Below are positions 14,636 to 27,490 of a stretch of 64,000 nucleotides of DNA, one piece after another (position 1 is the stretch's first letter; each line of letters begins with the position of its first letter). Source of the DNA: Kudoa neothunni (lineage: Eukaryota; Animalia; Cnidaria); contig OZ199838.1 in assembly GCA_964304625.1 (NCBI GenBank), forward strand, positions 9,203,245 through 9,267,244, in the 5' to 3' direction. Both the position numbers and the translations under genes were made by a program. Below the pieces are notes generated by a model. That model saw only the letters and a list, made by a program, of their open reading frames with translations, did no database searches and was not told the origin of the DNA.

Positions 14636-17086
14636 TCAGGGCATCGTTTCTCGGCCGGTAAAAAACGATTCAATAAGATTCCCTAACTCATAGAGAATGT
14701 CTTCTTTCCACCAAGATGCCTCAAGTTGAACAGCAACAGGAAGATTTTCTTCAGTGGTTGTGTCTATGTGTACGATGAGAGCTGGAATTCCTGTTGCACT
14801 AGAAAACGGTGCATACCTAAATTATTTCATTACGTATACAAATATTTGATGTGTATAATTATTTTAGCTACAATGATATTCTCGCTGTGGTAACATCATC
14901 TATCACACCATTATCGTCGTCTCCATCGACGATTTTCTGAGGCAAAACACCAGTTGCTAATAATTCAATTACCAATATTCGTCATATCAGCAGGAAACTC
15001 ACCTGGTGTAATAAACACATCAAATTTAGAAAACATGTCCTTTACAATGAGTTGAGCTCTTCTTCTTTGACGAAGTGCCTATAGATTCACAGAGTGTAAC
15101 AAACAATGTATGAATTGATTCAGTTTTCGAATCATTTAAGAAACTAACCTGATTGTATTCTTCATCAGTTATATCATATCCAAAACTATTGATCAAAGTA
15201 GCATTACAGCACGGCTAAACTCAAAAAATCAAGTTATGATCTTCTTCGTCTATAAACTATACAAATTTTGCAGTAGCAGCATCCTTCCCAATCACTTTAG
15301 CCATACTTGTTGCAGCATCCTTAATGAAAAATGCTCTAGTAGCTGCTCCTATTCCTAATTTACATTACGATATTGAACAGATTAAATAATCAACCAAGAT
15401 ATGTTACTTGCATTTCTGGTATACAATATTCGACCACTGTAAAACCCAAACCCTTTAGACGTTGAATTGTTGAATCTACCGCTGATACAATACGTTTATC
15501 GTGTGCAAACTACAACCAAATAGAAACTCACAGCTCATATTAACAGATTACTTAGTTAGACTAGAATCATAGCCTATTTTGATCTTTGAAGCCAACTCAG
15601 ATGGAGAACCTTTCAAGTTAGGCAAAACAACCGATGGCTGATACAGCGTTGATGGATGAAGGTCATCTGGACCAGCTATTATACCTAAAAAAGTTTAGAA
15701 CAGTACACAAACCGATTTTCAAACTACCATATATAATTGCATGATCTCTAACATTGTTAGCTATGACTCCTAGAAAAATAAGCACTTATTTCTACACAAC
15801 GTATACCAATAATAGTCGAGCCGGAAGATTCGTATTTGGTGCCCCCATTTGAAACTCTAGAAGTTGTACCTATACCAATATAAAGATTACATGAAGACTG
15901 ATGTGAGATCGAAGCATTACCTCTCATGCCAACAACTCCAGTGAATGCTGGAGGAATTCGATTTGATCCTAAACCATCCAACCCAATGGAAAAAGGCACT
16001 AACCCTATATTGGATTTTATACTTGTGAAATAAACTAAATACAATAAAGAATGAATTACCACTGGAAACTACAGCAGCAGACCCATTACTACTTCCTCCA
16101 CAATAGTATTTGATGTTGTATGGATTTTTGACATGTCCATGAATTCTAAATAATACAATGGTTGTCGAATAGAAGTAAACTCACAGCAGCAGAGTTATTC
16201 GAACGAATAAATTTACTTGGAAGGATTGTAACCAATGACATTAAGGCCTGCACATACCATGTTTGCAGTGCCAATAACAATAGCTCCAGCTTTCAACAAT
16301 TTTTTGACTACTGTACACGTAGCTATACAATGTTTATCCAACATTGAAGAACCGAAATAAATGTGATATCCATCCTAGTATTTTTAGTAAGCTACAATTT
16401 GAAGATCCATTCAATATTTACAATATCAATTTGATCCTTAACAAAAAAGGGAACTCCGTCGATCACAGAAAAGGGCAAATTCTTTTGAAAGCGTTCAGTT
16501 GAATCTTTGGCCGCCTAAATTTCGAAATTTTGGAAGGCATAGATATTTCCTATTAAATACTTGCATTATTTCATCTTTGTGGACTTCAATAACGGCACCC
16601 AATTTTTTTATTTCATCACTTTCCATGATCTGAATTAACTTTGTGCATACTTCGGTAGGAGTGGTTGATTTTGATCTAAATTCCATCATTAGCCCAATGA
16701 TTAATCAATATAAAGATTCTTCTCAAAAATTCCAGATTAGGGTGTAGATAAATAAATATATCTATTACAACTGGAAAAACATACCTATAAGCATCATAGT
16801 AGTCACTGAGGGTTTTGTATGGAAAGACATCAACTCTTAAAAATAATGTTGTAAAATTCCACCTCGACAACAATAACTACCTGTCCTCAATCAACCTTTT
16901 TAATGTTTCCATAGGAGGATCAACCAAAGGATGGGCAACTTTGATAGCATAGACTTCATTGACTTTAATCAATGGCTCATCTTCGATTTTGTAGGACATC
17001 AATTCATTGAATCCATAGTTCCTATTTGGCAACTGCTTAACCAAATTAGAAAACCTGAATAAAATACTTCTTAAGTTTCTCCACAT
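14636..17086 (-). CDS. Amidase-signature enzyme, fatty acid amide hydrolase-like, multi-exon
   Basis: Spliced product has DGVPFFVKD (catalytic Lys), NPY..CGGSSNGS, IGLDGLGSNRIP (nucleophile Ser), TGIPA and LPVAVQL; many GT-AG mini-introns. The stop may instead be the TAA ending at 14614 if the A6 run at 14660-14665 is one base too long. Confidence 0.85.
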
Positions 17087-19227
17087 ATTCTAATTTAGTT
17101 AATGGCTAAATAAATAAAAACTTGGCATAATACAAAAACATATATCTACTTCTGTCGCTGCCTTAACATTCATCAACGCAGCAGTTCCATTCAGTCGGCC
17201 GGTTTCCTACATCAATATATAGATGACGCTGGAACATTTTTAGCGAAATTACTGATGGGTATTCCTTATAATTGGTAGATTTAGCAGGTTCAATTACTCC
17301 CAGCAATCTTAGTAACCATAATTAAAGATTTCTGATTCGCTTATGAGTTAATCGTACGCGTAAATGCTTTGAAGGAGCGATTCTTCCGCATTAATCCGAT
17401 AGTTTTAACTCCCCTTAGTATAATAAACCGCCAAGCTTACACCAACAATTATTTAATCTGGCAATTTTGATAGATTCTAATTATGTTTATGAATTTGTTT
17501 TTTAATCTAGTTTGATTGAACTTTCTCCCCATGGCGTAACATCCCATACTAATTCACGGATTCGTTGGAGTAGATTTAAGGAGATCAAATTCAAAAAATG
17601 TAACCTAGAGAAAGAATTTTAAAGCATTTATTAAACAAATAATTAATCGATATATGATATTCCGTCATTGTCCGAATCAAAATAATGCAATTACAACTAG
17701 GATCTTAGTGATTATTCATAAGTAAATGTTATTTCATCGCTCAAATAAATTTACAAAGTATTAAGCACCCGATCTCATAAAAGTATCTTAATTATCATTC
17801 AAAATAGCATAAAAACATCCGCGAAGTTTATTTCAATTTGAATACCCAACATTTATTATCCCCTTAAGACAACCTTAACGTGAAAATATTTCCATCTCAA
17901 CTAAATATATTTCAGCATTAAGTTAAAAAATAATATAAAATCATTTATTAGATTTTATAATTAAACAAATCAATGAAATAATCAAAATGAAACCTTTTTG
18001 CTTCACAGTCTCAATAATAATTTTACATTTGAACAATGTGGACAAATTTATATGTACCATTAAACTTTAAAGAAATTTGTTCTATAACGTTTCTCATAAA
18101 AGACTTTTACTTATAACCATACAATCCAGTTAGTTTTCTGGTCGAGGCAAATCTATATCCGATCGGGTTACATTTTAGAGATAATCAAGTTATTGAGCCG
18201 GTCAATACCGGGTTTTACAACCAAAACCGGACACTGTATATATTTAAGAAAAAATTTATTTACGCTGTATTTCAAATGAAAAAACAATAACTCAAATATA
18301 TTTTATAGAAATTAATGAAGATTGTAATAGTTTTTAATTTCTAGGAATGTCATCTAAGATGCGACACAATCCAAGAAAACTTTCACTATGTTGAAAGTAA
18401 TTCTTTAAATTCTCCTCAGTTACAGATTGAGAGGAAGTTGTCATTCTCTCTATTAAATCATTATGTCCACAGATAGGGCCATCTTTTCTAGTTTTCGATT
18501 TAATTTGAGAAGATACCTCCTCACAAGGGTTCAAAAATGACGAGTATCGAGGTAGATATTTTATCTCATAAGGATAGTCGTCAAAAAATTCTATATTAGA
18601 ATTATGGAATCTGACGTTATCCACGACAATAATGTAGTCTCCATCATCCAACACATTTTTTAACTGGTTTAAAAATTGTTGAAAAATTTCACAATTTACG
18701 CCCCTGGTAATGGCTTCACAGTAAACTACGCTGATAGCACTGACAGCCAGGATCATGGTTACGTTCGGGTCCTCTGCTGTTAGTCACCACTGGATTGGGA
18801 GTTATTCGAATAGGAGCGCGTCCATGAGAGCGTAGTAAATGGAGGAAACGGGGCTTTCATCGACGAATATCACCTTTCCATGCCGTACATTTATTGGTAA
18901 GTTCGTGTACCAACTGGCGTATTCTCTCCGTTCTTGCTTTACATCAGATGAATTGCTGCTTTGAGGTATCTGTCTTTTCATTTTAAATGATATGTTCATT
19001 TGTTGAGGCCATCTCCAAACGGTTATTTGACTCACATCCAAATTGAGTTTTTGGATCACAGACTGTAAAGTTATGGCACAGTTGTCCTAAATAAGCTGGA
19101 GAAGTTGGCGTTGACTTCCTCAGTAATCTTAATTTCCCTTGGGCCGCCTCTTACACCTTTTGTCTAGGTTTCCAATGTTTTATACCTTTTAACCATGCCA
19201 TGCAGGGTAGATTTTGGTATTCCTAAA

Positions 19228-21174
19228 GGCAGTGGCTATTGCAGCGGGAAGAAATAACTCAAAAACTAACATGTCTATAAAAATTTCAATTTCGTTTTTA
19301 TAACAAATGATTTTTTCGCCAAATAATTTCAAATTTGGGGGGAAATATAATATGGTGGAATTTTCAAGGTTGTTATTGAAAATTAAATAACTTCATAATG
19401 TCATTTTGATTTGATAGATCGTAGGAATACTAAAAAAAGCTTTCTAAGACAACAAACTTTCATAATTGCAAAAATTTTATGTAAATCGTATGCTTTCTAT
19501 AGTATGAATTACCACGCTCAGGAGTCCGCGCTATTACGTAAGACTTAGTTAACTAGTTGCACTGGTTCTTTCGTTGGTTAACATCCCTCTGATTCAATAC
19601 GATACATGCTATTATGGAGAATAATTATCACATTAATTAAAAAATTTTTTCTCAAAATTTACAATATGAATAATGTGTATTAATGTATAACTCATTGTAT
19701 TTAAAGCTGTCTCAATCTGTGAAATAAACACAAATCTATGATTTCGAGTTAGATTTATTTATACTATATATAGGACTTTGAAAATAGATTATTTGTTAAA
19801 GATATGGTAGTTTTTAAGGAATAATGTGTCATTTCCTTGATTCGATGTTACGTAGCAATAATTTGAGGGTAATGGGTAATAATTCTCTACATAAAAACAA
19901 AAATATGATTATCATAATAAAATCAAGATCCTTTTAAGACAGAGTTCGACAACGACCGGCCCCCGGACCAAAATTTGGCCCAGGAGCTTTTCTAATCCGG
20001 CCTGCAAGGGATGTCATTGATAAAGTTAATTTTTTTGACGGTGCTTATATAATTTCCCCGACTTTTAAATTCGATCTCTTCAGCATATAGATAAGCTTAA
20101 TAGCAATGTGAACTATGTTACTTAAGTATTATTCCCTTTTTGAAACATAAAAGTGCTTAAAAAAAAATTAAAATTTTTCCCCGAGTAAATTCCTTGCTTA
20201 TTTTTACTGATTATACGATATTAGTTTTATTGTAGCTAATGGAAACGTTTAATTATTGCTCTTCACGATTTAGAACAATAATTTGAATATATAAACGTTT
20301 AAATTCAGCACCAAAAATATCAGGGTAAATTATGAAATTAAAAATTGTATAAAACCAGTAATTCCTTCATAAAAGTATCAAACATTCACGTTCGTTATGT
20401 TTCTTTTTCTCGTTAAAATAAAAATATATTATTTTAAATTTCAAAATATAAATTTACTAATCCAATTTTCAATTGTATTGTGAAAAATCTATTACATCTA
20501 CTGGATTTAAATATATTCTGGCCTTCCTCCTAGTTTGACATGATTATCCGGCCCGGTAACCTAATAGGTTGCCGACTCCTGATCTAAAGTAAAGAGTGTT
20601 GGGTGTCCTAGAAAAAGAGAGCAGGATAAATAATAAAACAATTAACTATATAAATGAAACAATTAATAGATGGAAATCAAAAATTTTCTTCATGTTATTA
20701 ATGCCCAAACAAATTGTGGTATAATAAAGCTAAGTTGTATCTTTATATAGCGAAAAGATAGATCATTTAATATGTAGAAAATTTGGATCGCGAAATAAAA
20801 AGATCTAACATTTTACGCGATATGTTAACAGTGCATTATTATTGTCTTTAGCGTTATAGCGTTGCTTCATTCATGCGCAAGTCCGGTGAATTTGCATTAG
20901 TAAATTTGGGTCTTTTAATTGAAACAATTTATATTACTCTGAATTATGGAAAAGATAATAACGTTTATAAATTATAAATCGCTAATTAAGGACTTAAAAT
21001 AATTTTTAACCTCTGAATTCATTGCCATTAAAATGCGAAAATTTGTTATCTTGGAATTCTTTTAAAATAGTTTAACATTTTGGCAAAAAAATCATTTATT
21101 ATAAAAACGAACTTGAAATTTTTATAGACATGTTAGTTTTTGAGTTATTTCTTCCCGTTGCAATAGCCACTGCC
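19228..21174 (+). mobile_element. TIR element with GG termini, probably a decayed Merlin
   Basis: About 95-bp TIRs starting GGCAGTGGCTATTGC; perfect 9-bp TSD ATTCCTAAA at 19219-19227 and 21175-21183; only faint internal ISXO2-like remnants, so the superfamily is less certain than the boundaries. Confidence 0.8.
19940..20581. mobile_element. hAT MITE, about 640 bp; same family as 33380-33985, opposite orientation
   Basis: CAG...CTG termini with a GGTTGCCGAC motif; interior closely matches the reverse complement of 33380-33985; TSD not intact. Confidence 0.85.
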
Positions 21175-21569
21175 ATTCCTAAATCGTGAACTACCACGGA
21201 GAAAGATTTTCCATCAACGATTGCAAGCTTAATGGTGCGTTTTCTTAGGTCATCTGAAATATTATTTCTTGACATTTCGTTGTATTTAAATTTATTCGTT
21301 GCCTCCCTTTTCTATGCTTAATAACGCGCAGTTCGGTTTTGGATGTAAAACTCGGTAAGGAAGACTATATTTATGTATATACAAAAAATATTGACTTATT
21401 TTATTATAAACTTAACATGCTAATAAGTAAATATTAAAATTTTTAGCCATACAAATGTTAAGAATCATGTAATTTTCAAAAGCTGTTTTTTTAATAATTA
21501 ATGCAATGAGTGTAATTTATTAAACAACCTAATTATTTGTAACAGTCTGTATCGGGTTTATTTTAGTGA

Positions 21570-22732
21570 TCTATCTACTCCTACTGGCATACATAAAGCT
21601 GAAGTGTCCGTGTGTGCGTCCCAATTTTTTCCTTATAGAGAGGCTTACATGAAATTTTTTAAAAATTGCAATGTTTCAAAAAATCTTTAAATCGTTTTCA
21701 CGTTATTAAATGTCTCTAGAAGCGTTTAGAAATGGTGATTTTGTCGATTCAAAGTTTGTTAAACGGATTACTTGAGTTCAACAATAGGATTGACACCTGC
21801 TCATGGACCTGCTGAGGGGTCGGTTGAAGTTAACTTTCCTCCTTATATGCTCAATCAAATGTTCATTAACTGCTTCCATCTATCTTTATGTATAAGGTTG
21901 GCGTTTCTATTTGGGTGTCTGTGTAAATACTCTCCTTATTTGTGGAGTTTTAACGTATTTGACATGATAAACACATTATGAAGGTCCTATTAATGATTTT
22001 AGATGTGATAAAAATCTATATATGTTTCATTAGTAATTATTTGGTAAGGAATTCTATAATCAGATAGATTGAAGCTTTATAATACAAAAACCATGTCCGT
22101 AGAATTCATTGAAATCGTCCGCTATGTTGAACTTTCAGTTATTAAATTCAATGCAGATGGTTGTACTCTTACTTCCTCTAATCATATAAATTATATTCAT
22201 GCTGATTCTGAAACGATTTTTAGCTGTTTGTTTGGGAAAAAATGCATTAATGTTTATGCCTGGCCAAGCTATGCTAGTTTTAGCGATATCAAATAATTTC
22301 ATACGTTTTCTATCTCTATTACTTTTTCTATTTTTTGTCTGTTAACAACTTAGCGGTGCACACGGTTTCCGATCCGGGGACAAAATTCAATGTTGAAAAA
22401 TCCTCCGGTCAAAAAATAGCGCTTTAGATAATATTTCAACGGGATATATATATAATTCGGGAATGCAAAAAAATACGACACTGACAATAAATTATTTAGA
22501 GTTGGCGCCGGACCACGAAATTTTTAAATGAACGCCGGGATTGATACACCCCTGCACAGAATTGATCATGATTTAAATTTCGAAATCAGAATCATTAAAG
22601 TATGTTGTTTAAAACTTTTTAATTATTTTATTTCTATGGGTTAATTCGAAATTTCAATATATTTTTTGAATGCTATCAAAAAGTGTTTCTAGGAGAAATC
22701 TTCCCCAAGCAACATTGGGAAGTTCGCGCTTG
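21570..22732 (+). mobile_element. Non-autonomous Helitron, copy 2
   Basis: A|TC start, 3' hairpin CCCAAGCAACATTGGG then CTTG|T; 22106-22162 matches the reverse complement of 10921-10977. Confidence 0.72.
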
Positions 22733-25069
22733 TATATATATATATAAAATTCTTGTGCCTATCAGTGTGTCTCAGTTTGCATCAGTATCCAGGTGCCATG
22801 GAGAAACTTTTTTAAATACAGCTTTTAGAATACATTTAGAAGGATGATACTACTACGAAAATCGCTAATTCACTTATAATTTCTTACATAATAAATATCG
22901 GTATCAGAAGTAAGGAATTTTCTGATTGCCAATATCAATAAGCAGATTAAAAGTACCTGGATAATATTGATATTGGTTTACTTCGGAGTGATAGTCAATT
23001 AAAATGAAGTTTCACTCATTATATACAAAGAGAATCTTTTAATTATTATATAGAATGTGTTAAAAATGTTATGTATGCCGTTTGGAGTAATTTTAAGACA
23101 AATAAAACTATTAACGTCACATTTACTAGAGTTGTTTCATTTCCCCTAAAATTTGAAACATAACCAAATTATTTAGGATGTATTTCACTTTTTAAGCGTT
23201 ATGGATATAGTTAAGCGAAAAAGACTATTATCAATTGAAATAAAACACAGAATTCGAGATTAAAGTTGTTGCCATGTTGGAATAATTTAGGTCTCTATAC
23301 GGATTCTAAAAACGATATAAGATGTGTGTGGTGTTTTCAACTAATTAAATATTTGTGAAAACTTCATTAAATGAAAATTTCTTTTTATCAACATCGATTG
23401 AGATTGAAATTATATTCGTCTTTTCGATAAATTTTAACTCATTTTTTGACTTCCGAAACCTTCTGCAAAACGGCCGTCATAACTAATTCAATAAGTTTCT
23501 ATATTTTATGAGATAATTTTTAAAATAATGCCTAAGTTCTTAGCAACATAATTATTCCTTACCTCCAGCCAGACCTTAAGGTTGATATTCAAATCAATAT
23601 ACTGTTTTCTTTAGGCTCGCATTAATTCATTTTGATATAAAAGCTGCATGAAAATACGCGACATCGCTTTCTATACGTAATTTAAGAATTTATATTCACG
23701 ATTACTTTTACACAAAATACAGTCCCCTCTCAATACGTGCCGTGTAAGTTAATAAGAAATTATTGGTCTATTCGATCTAACCGATATTTTCACAAAGTTT
23801 TCGTTAATCTAATAATAGTTCAATACAAATATATTTTTTTAGGGAAAACAAACGGTACATTATTTTTAAAAGGGTGCACTCCTTCGAGAAAATCAGTTGA
23901 TATTTAAGCATTACTGTAATTTCTCAAACTAAAAACACCTTTACATTTTAGATTTATCGTATTTAATAATTAATTTTATATATTTTTGAACTAGTAAATA
24001 TTTTTGTTAAAAACAAAGATTGCATTTATTAAAAAATCGGGGAAATGACGCTAAAATTGTGAGTACGTAAGTTACCGCCCACAGCGTTTTTAAAACATCA
24101 TTATCGTCTTTTATACAATTGAAAAAAGGGAGTAAAAAATTATTTTTTTATCGTTTTGTCCGATTAATAATACATTTAAGAACCAGAAGGATTAATTTTT
24201 TTATCGCAAAATTTTGAAATGAACTAGAAGTCCTATTAGTGTTACTTAATGATTTTATTTAATGAATAAATGAACTTTAATCGTTAACTAAATTGCTCAT
24301 AAAATTAAGGTCATATTTTTGGTCAATAATTTGCCATTATAAATTTGAAAATACTTATTAATTTCTCTCAATACCTCTATTTATATTTGAATGTAAAGTA
24401 CGCACAGAATTTTGTTTTTCAAAATCATTATATTGCAAAAATAATGGCAAGCTTTAAAGGTAGCAATTAAAATAGAAAAATAAAATTTACAGGGTTTAAC
24501 GTGCTAACTGGATTAAATCTTCCATAGAATTTCTCCATTCAAAAATAAAACTAAAACTTAAAATTTCTCATCACATGATACCTACCAGGCAAAGCCGGGC
24601 ATTAGAGCTATTTACTTAAAGATCAGAGGTTTTAATATGCACCAGGTTTTAGCCTACTTGGCTAGGCAAGGACGCCTTCGCCAAGTGTAGCTTTTGCGCT
24701 AGTTGAAAGTAAAACTTTAAACCAGTGTTTCTTAAACCCTCATGCCTACGTGTCTCCACGTACTCGATGGACCTAACGTGGGCCCCACTTTGCCTTAATA
24801 CATAACCCCGGCGTAAATATAAATACCTCAAACTATTTATTTAATATCCAAAATTTTATTAAAATCCTTTTAATATACAATTAATTATTTTTACGGTTTT
24901 GTTTTAAAATACACAGTAAATATTTTCAATCACTAGGAGCCGAATTAATTTAGATATTAAAACAAAAAATTAACAACTTCAAATATATCCCAATAATTCT
25001 GGTTTAAATAAAAAAACTTCGACTAAACATAGACAATGACATATTATAATACACACAATCGAGCCTTAT

Positions 25070-25192
25070 AAATATATCAGCTTTTAGATCTGCAATTAGA
25101 AACTGCATTGACGTGCAAACTGACAGAAAACTTGCTATACCAAACATTCTATTGTGAAAGGATGGAATCCGCCACTTTTAGAATATTTGGAA
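25070..25192 (-). ncRNA. Candidate box H/ACA snoRNA
   Basis: Hairpin 1 (25190-25140), H box ATAGCA (25138-25133), hairpin 2 (25124-25076), ATA box (25075-25073); 14-15 nt from pocket to box; pocket TTTGCACGTCA. Confidence 0.72.
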
Positions 25193-25259
25193 AGAACGAA
25201 AAACAAACACATTTAACGGAAATCAGACATATGATATCTACGATTTGGTTTCAATTGTT

Positions 25260-25852
25260 CTAAAATTTGGTAAATTCCTTCTTTCCTTCAGTTTTGGAAA
25301 CTACACGGATAACATTGAAACGAACAGTTTTACTGAGAGGTCTGCATTGACCAACAACAACTTGGTCACCGACGCTCATTCCCCTAAAACAAAATGAAAT
25401 CAATCATGTAACTAGGTGTACCTGAAACATGGGGAAACATGCACAGAAATGTTCTTATGTCTTTTCTCGTAACGTCTATACTTCTTGATGAAATGAAGGT
25501 AGTCGCGTCTGACAATGATGGTGTTCTTCATTTTCATTTTGAGCACAGTTCCAGTGAGTATTTTTCCACGAATACTAACAGTACCGGTGTACGGGCACTT
25601 TTTGTCAATATAATGTTCATTAATAGCCTAAATACGAGAATATTTAGCTTATACATTATCAAAAATCAAACCTCTTTGGGTGTTTTGAAACCCAAACCGA
25701 TGTTTTTGACAAATCTAGTGGCTCTGGGTTTCTTTTCAGTTCCCAGCTTTTTATGGTTAAGAAATATCTGGGGTTGCTTTTGAAAGGCTCTCTCGGTCTA
25801 AAATAATTATATCCAGATTGTGAAATAGATAAATGCAACCAACTTGCTCCAT
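25260..25852 (-). CDS. RPS11: 40S ribosomal protein S11 (uS17)
   Basis: Exons 25852-25844, 25797-25672, 25627-25422, 25383-25260; [12 protein letters not shown]...GLGFKTP...DKKCPYTG...KYRRYEKRH...[12 protein letters not shown]; introns 46, 44 and 38 nt. Confidence 0.97.
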
Positions 25853-27463
25853 CGTCGTCGACAATAACCTCCACGCTCACGAACACACACGAGAATGCTC
25901 CGCACAAGTACGACAATGTTTCCGTGTTGGGGTATCAGTGAACGCTTTCTCTCAGTTAAAAAATTTATGTCAGAATTTTTAGAGGGATCAAAGTTATGCA
26001 AAATGTAAAACTTTGGCCTGAAAGTCTCGTTTGGGGGCTTTTAATTTTTGCCTCATTTATTTCTATGTTAGACTTTAATAATTTCACTTGTTTTTTTGTT
26101 GTTTTTTCATTTTATTCCCTGGTTATGTTAGTTATCTATATTATTGTTTCTATAACACATAGCCATTGATTAAATTTTTATTTCGAACATAAGTTGTTTT
26201 TTACACATTGTGATTCTGTATCCGCTCACAGTGCTGTAAAGCATGGTTAATATGATGCCACGTGACGTTAATTTGTATTTCTATTTTATTTGTCAAATCG
26301 ATAGGTTATTATTGTTGTTTGATTTAAATATTTCTCAAAATTACTTTCTATTGATGTCGAATATCACCACCCCCTCCCAATTGGGAAGCATTGATCTAGT
26401 CTAAGATACTGCATAATATGTTATGAATGAGCTAAATTTCGAGGTCGTCAAAGTTAAGAAATGTTGAGAATTTTTTGTATTTTTTTAACCAACATAAATT
26501 GTGAAGTTTATAATTCAAGGATAACCGAATCGCAATATTTAAATAAATACGTAACAGAGTGTAACCTCGGACATCGACCTAATCCGTTTTAGAAGTGTGT
26601 TCGAACTCGGAATAATTTTTTCCCGCGAAAAATAAGGAAAATTAGTTTAATCCGTTACCGTGCATTAAATAAATCACTATTTTTATTCCTATTTATTAAA
26701 AAATTTGCCTAATGTTTATAAAATGTAACAAATAAATATTACATATAATAATAAGAATGAAATATAGGATATTTTTTGGTTGTCATACGATAGATTATGA
26801 AAGCTTCTCTTTGGATGACGGTCGCACAGTTTGATTGAGCGACTCCTCTTCTATAATTTCTGTTCTTCTCTGTTTTTTGTTCCAACTTTATTTGTTCTGA
26901 ATACCCTTTCTATATGTGTCCGTATCGAAATTGGGTTTGTCGTGAAAAATGCCACAAATTCTTCAAAAAGCTATCAGTATTTTACTGTAGGACATTATTT
27001 CTTGGCTAAAAAGACTCTCTTCTATTTAATCATGTAAAAGTTAGTGAATGCTGATATTAATATTTATTGGCTTATATTTATTACATATTTGTGTACATGG
27101 GCCAAGTTATGTTGAATGTTTAATGTCCTCTATAATATTTCTCGATAATTAACATTATCAGCTAGTTAACAATCAAACCTTCCATATTTATTTATTTATT
27201 AGTTCATAGAAATTGGAAACTATAAATGTAAATTTCCCACGGAGACTTGTACACATTGTTAGGGAATATACCATTATTTTTAATAGTTCCAATGAAATAG
27301 TACTCCATTTAATCATCCGAATGAAAAATTGCAAAATACTGGCCGCATTTAACGACTAAAGATTATAGTTAGACAGATCATTAATCCCCAAACTATAAAT
27401 TAGAATTGTGTGACACGTAGGTAAACAATTTCTGGTAGGAATGTCTGTTTCAACCTATAATTT

Positions 27464-27490
27464 TTGTTGTTGTTGTTGTTGTTGTTGTTG
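27464..27490. repeat. (TTG)9 microsatellite
   Basis: Direct reading. Confidence 0.95.

Larger units (their letters stand above)
18334..21275 (-). pseudogene. Tc1/IS630-like transposase, interrupted by a 1.9-kb insertion
   Basis: ATG at 21275 (MSRNNISDDLRK...LGI) resumes as LGIPKSTL below 19227; FVDES, VDNVRFH, LPRYSSFLNPCE; inverted motif at about 18208-18232 and 21334-21355. Confidence 0.85.

Noticed and set aside
17255-17330. U17/snR30-like words TATTCCT and AACCAT
   Set aside because: No basal stem and no correctly spaced ACA box.
26580-27040. mariner/pogo-like terminus and HTH-like remnant
   Set aside because: No matching second terminus or catalytic motif found.
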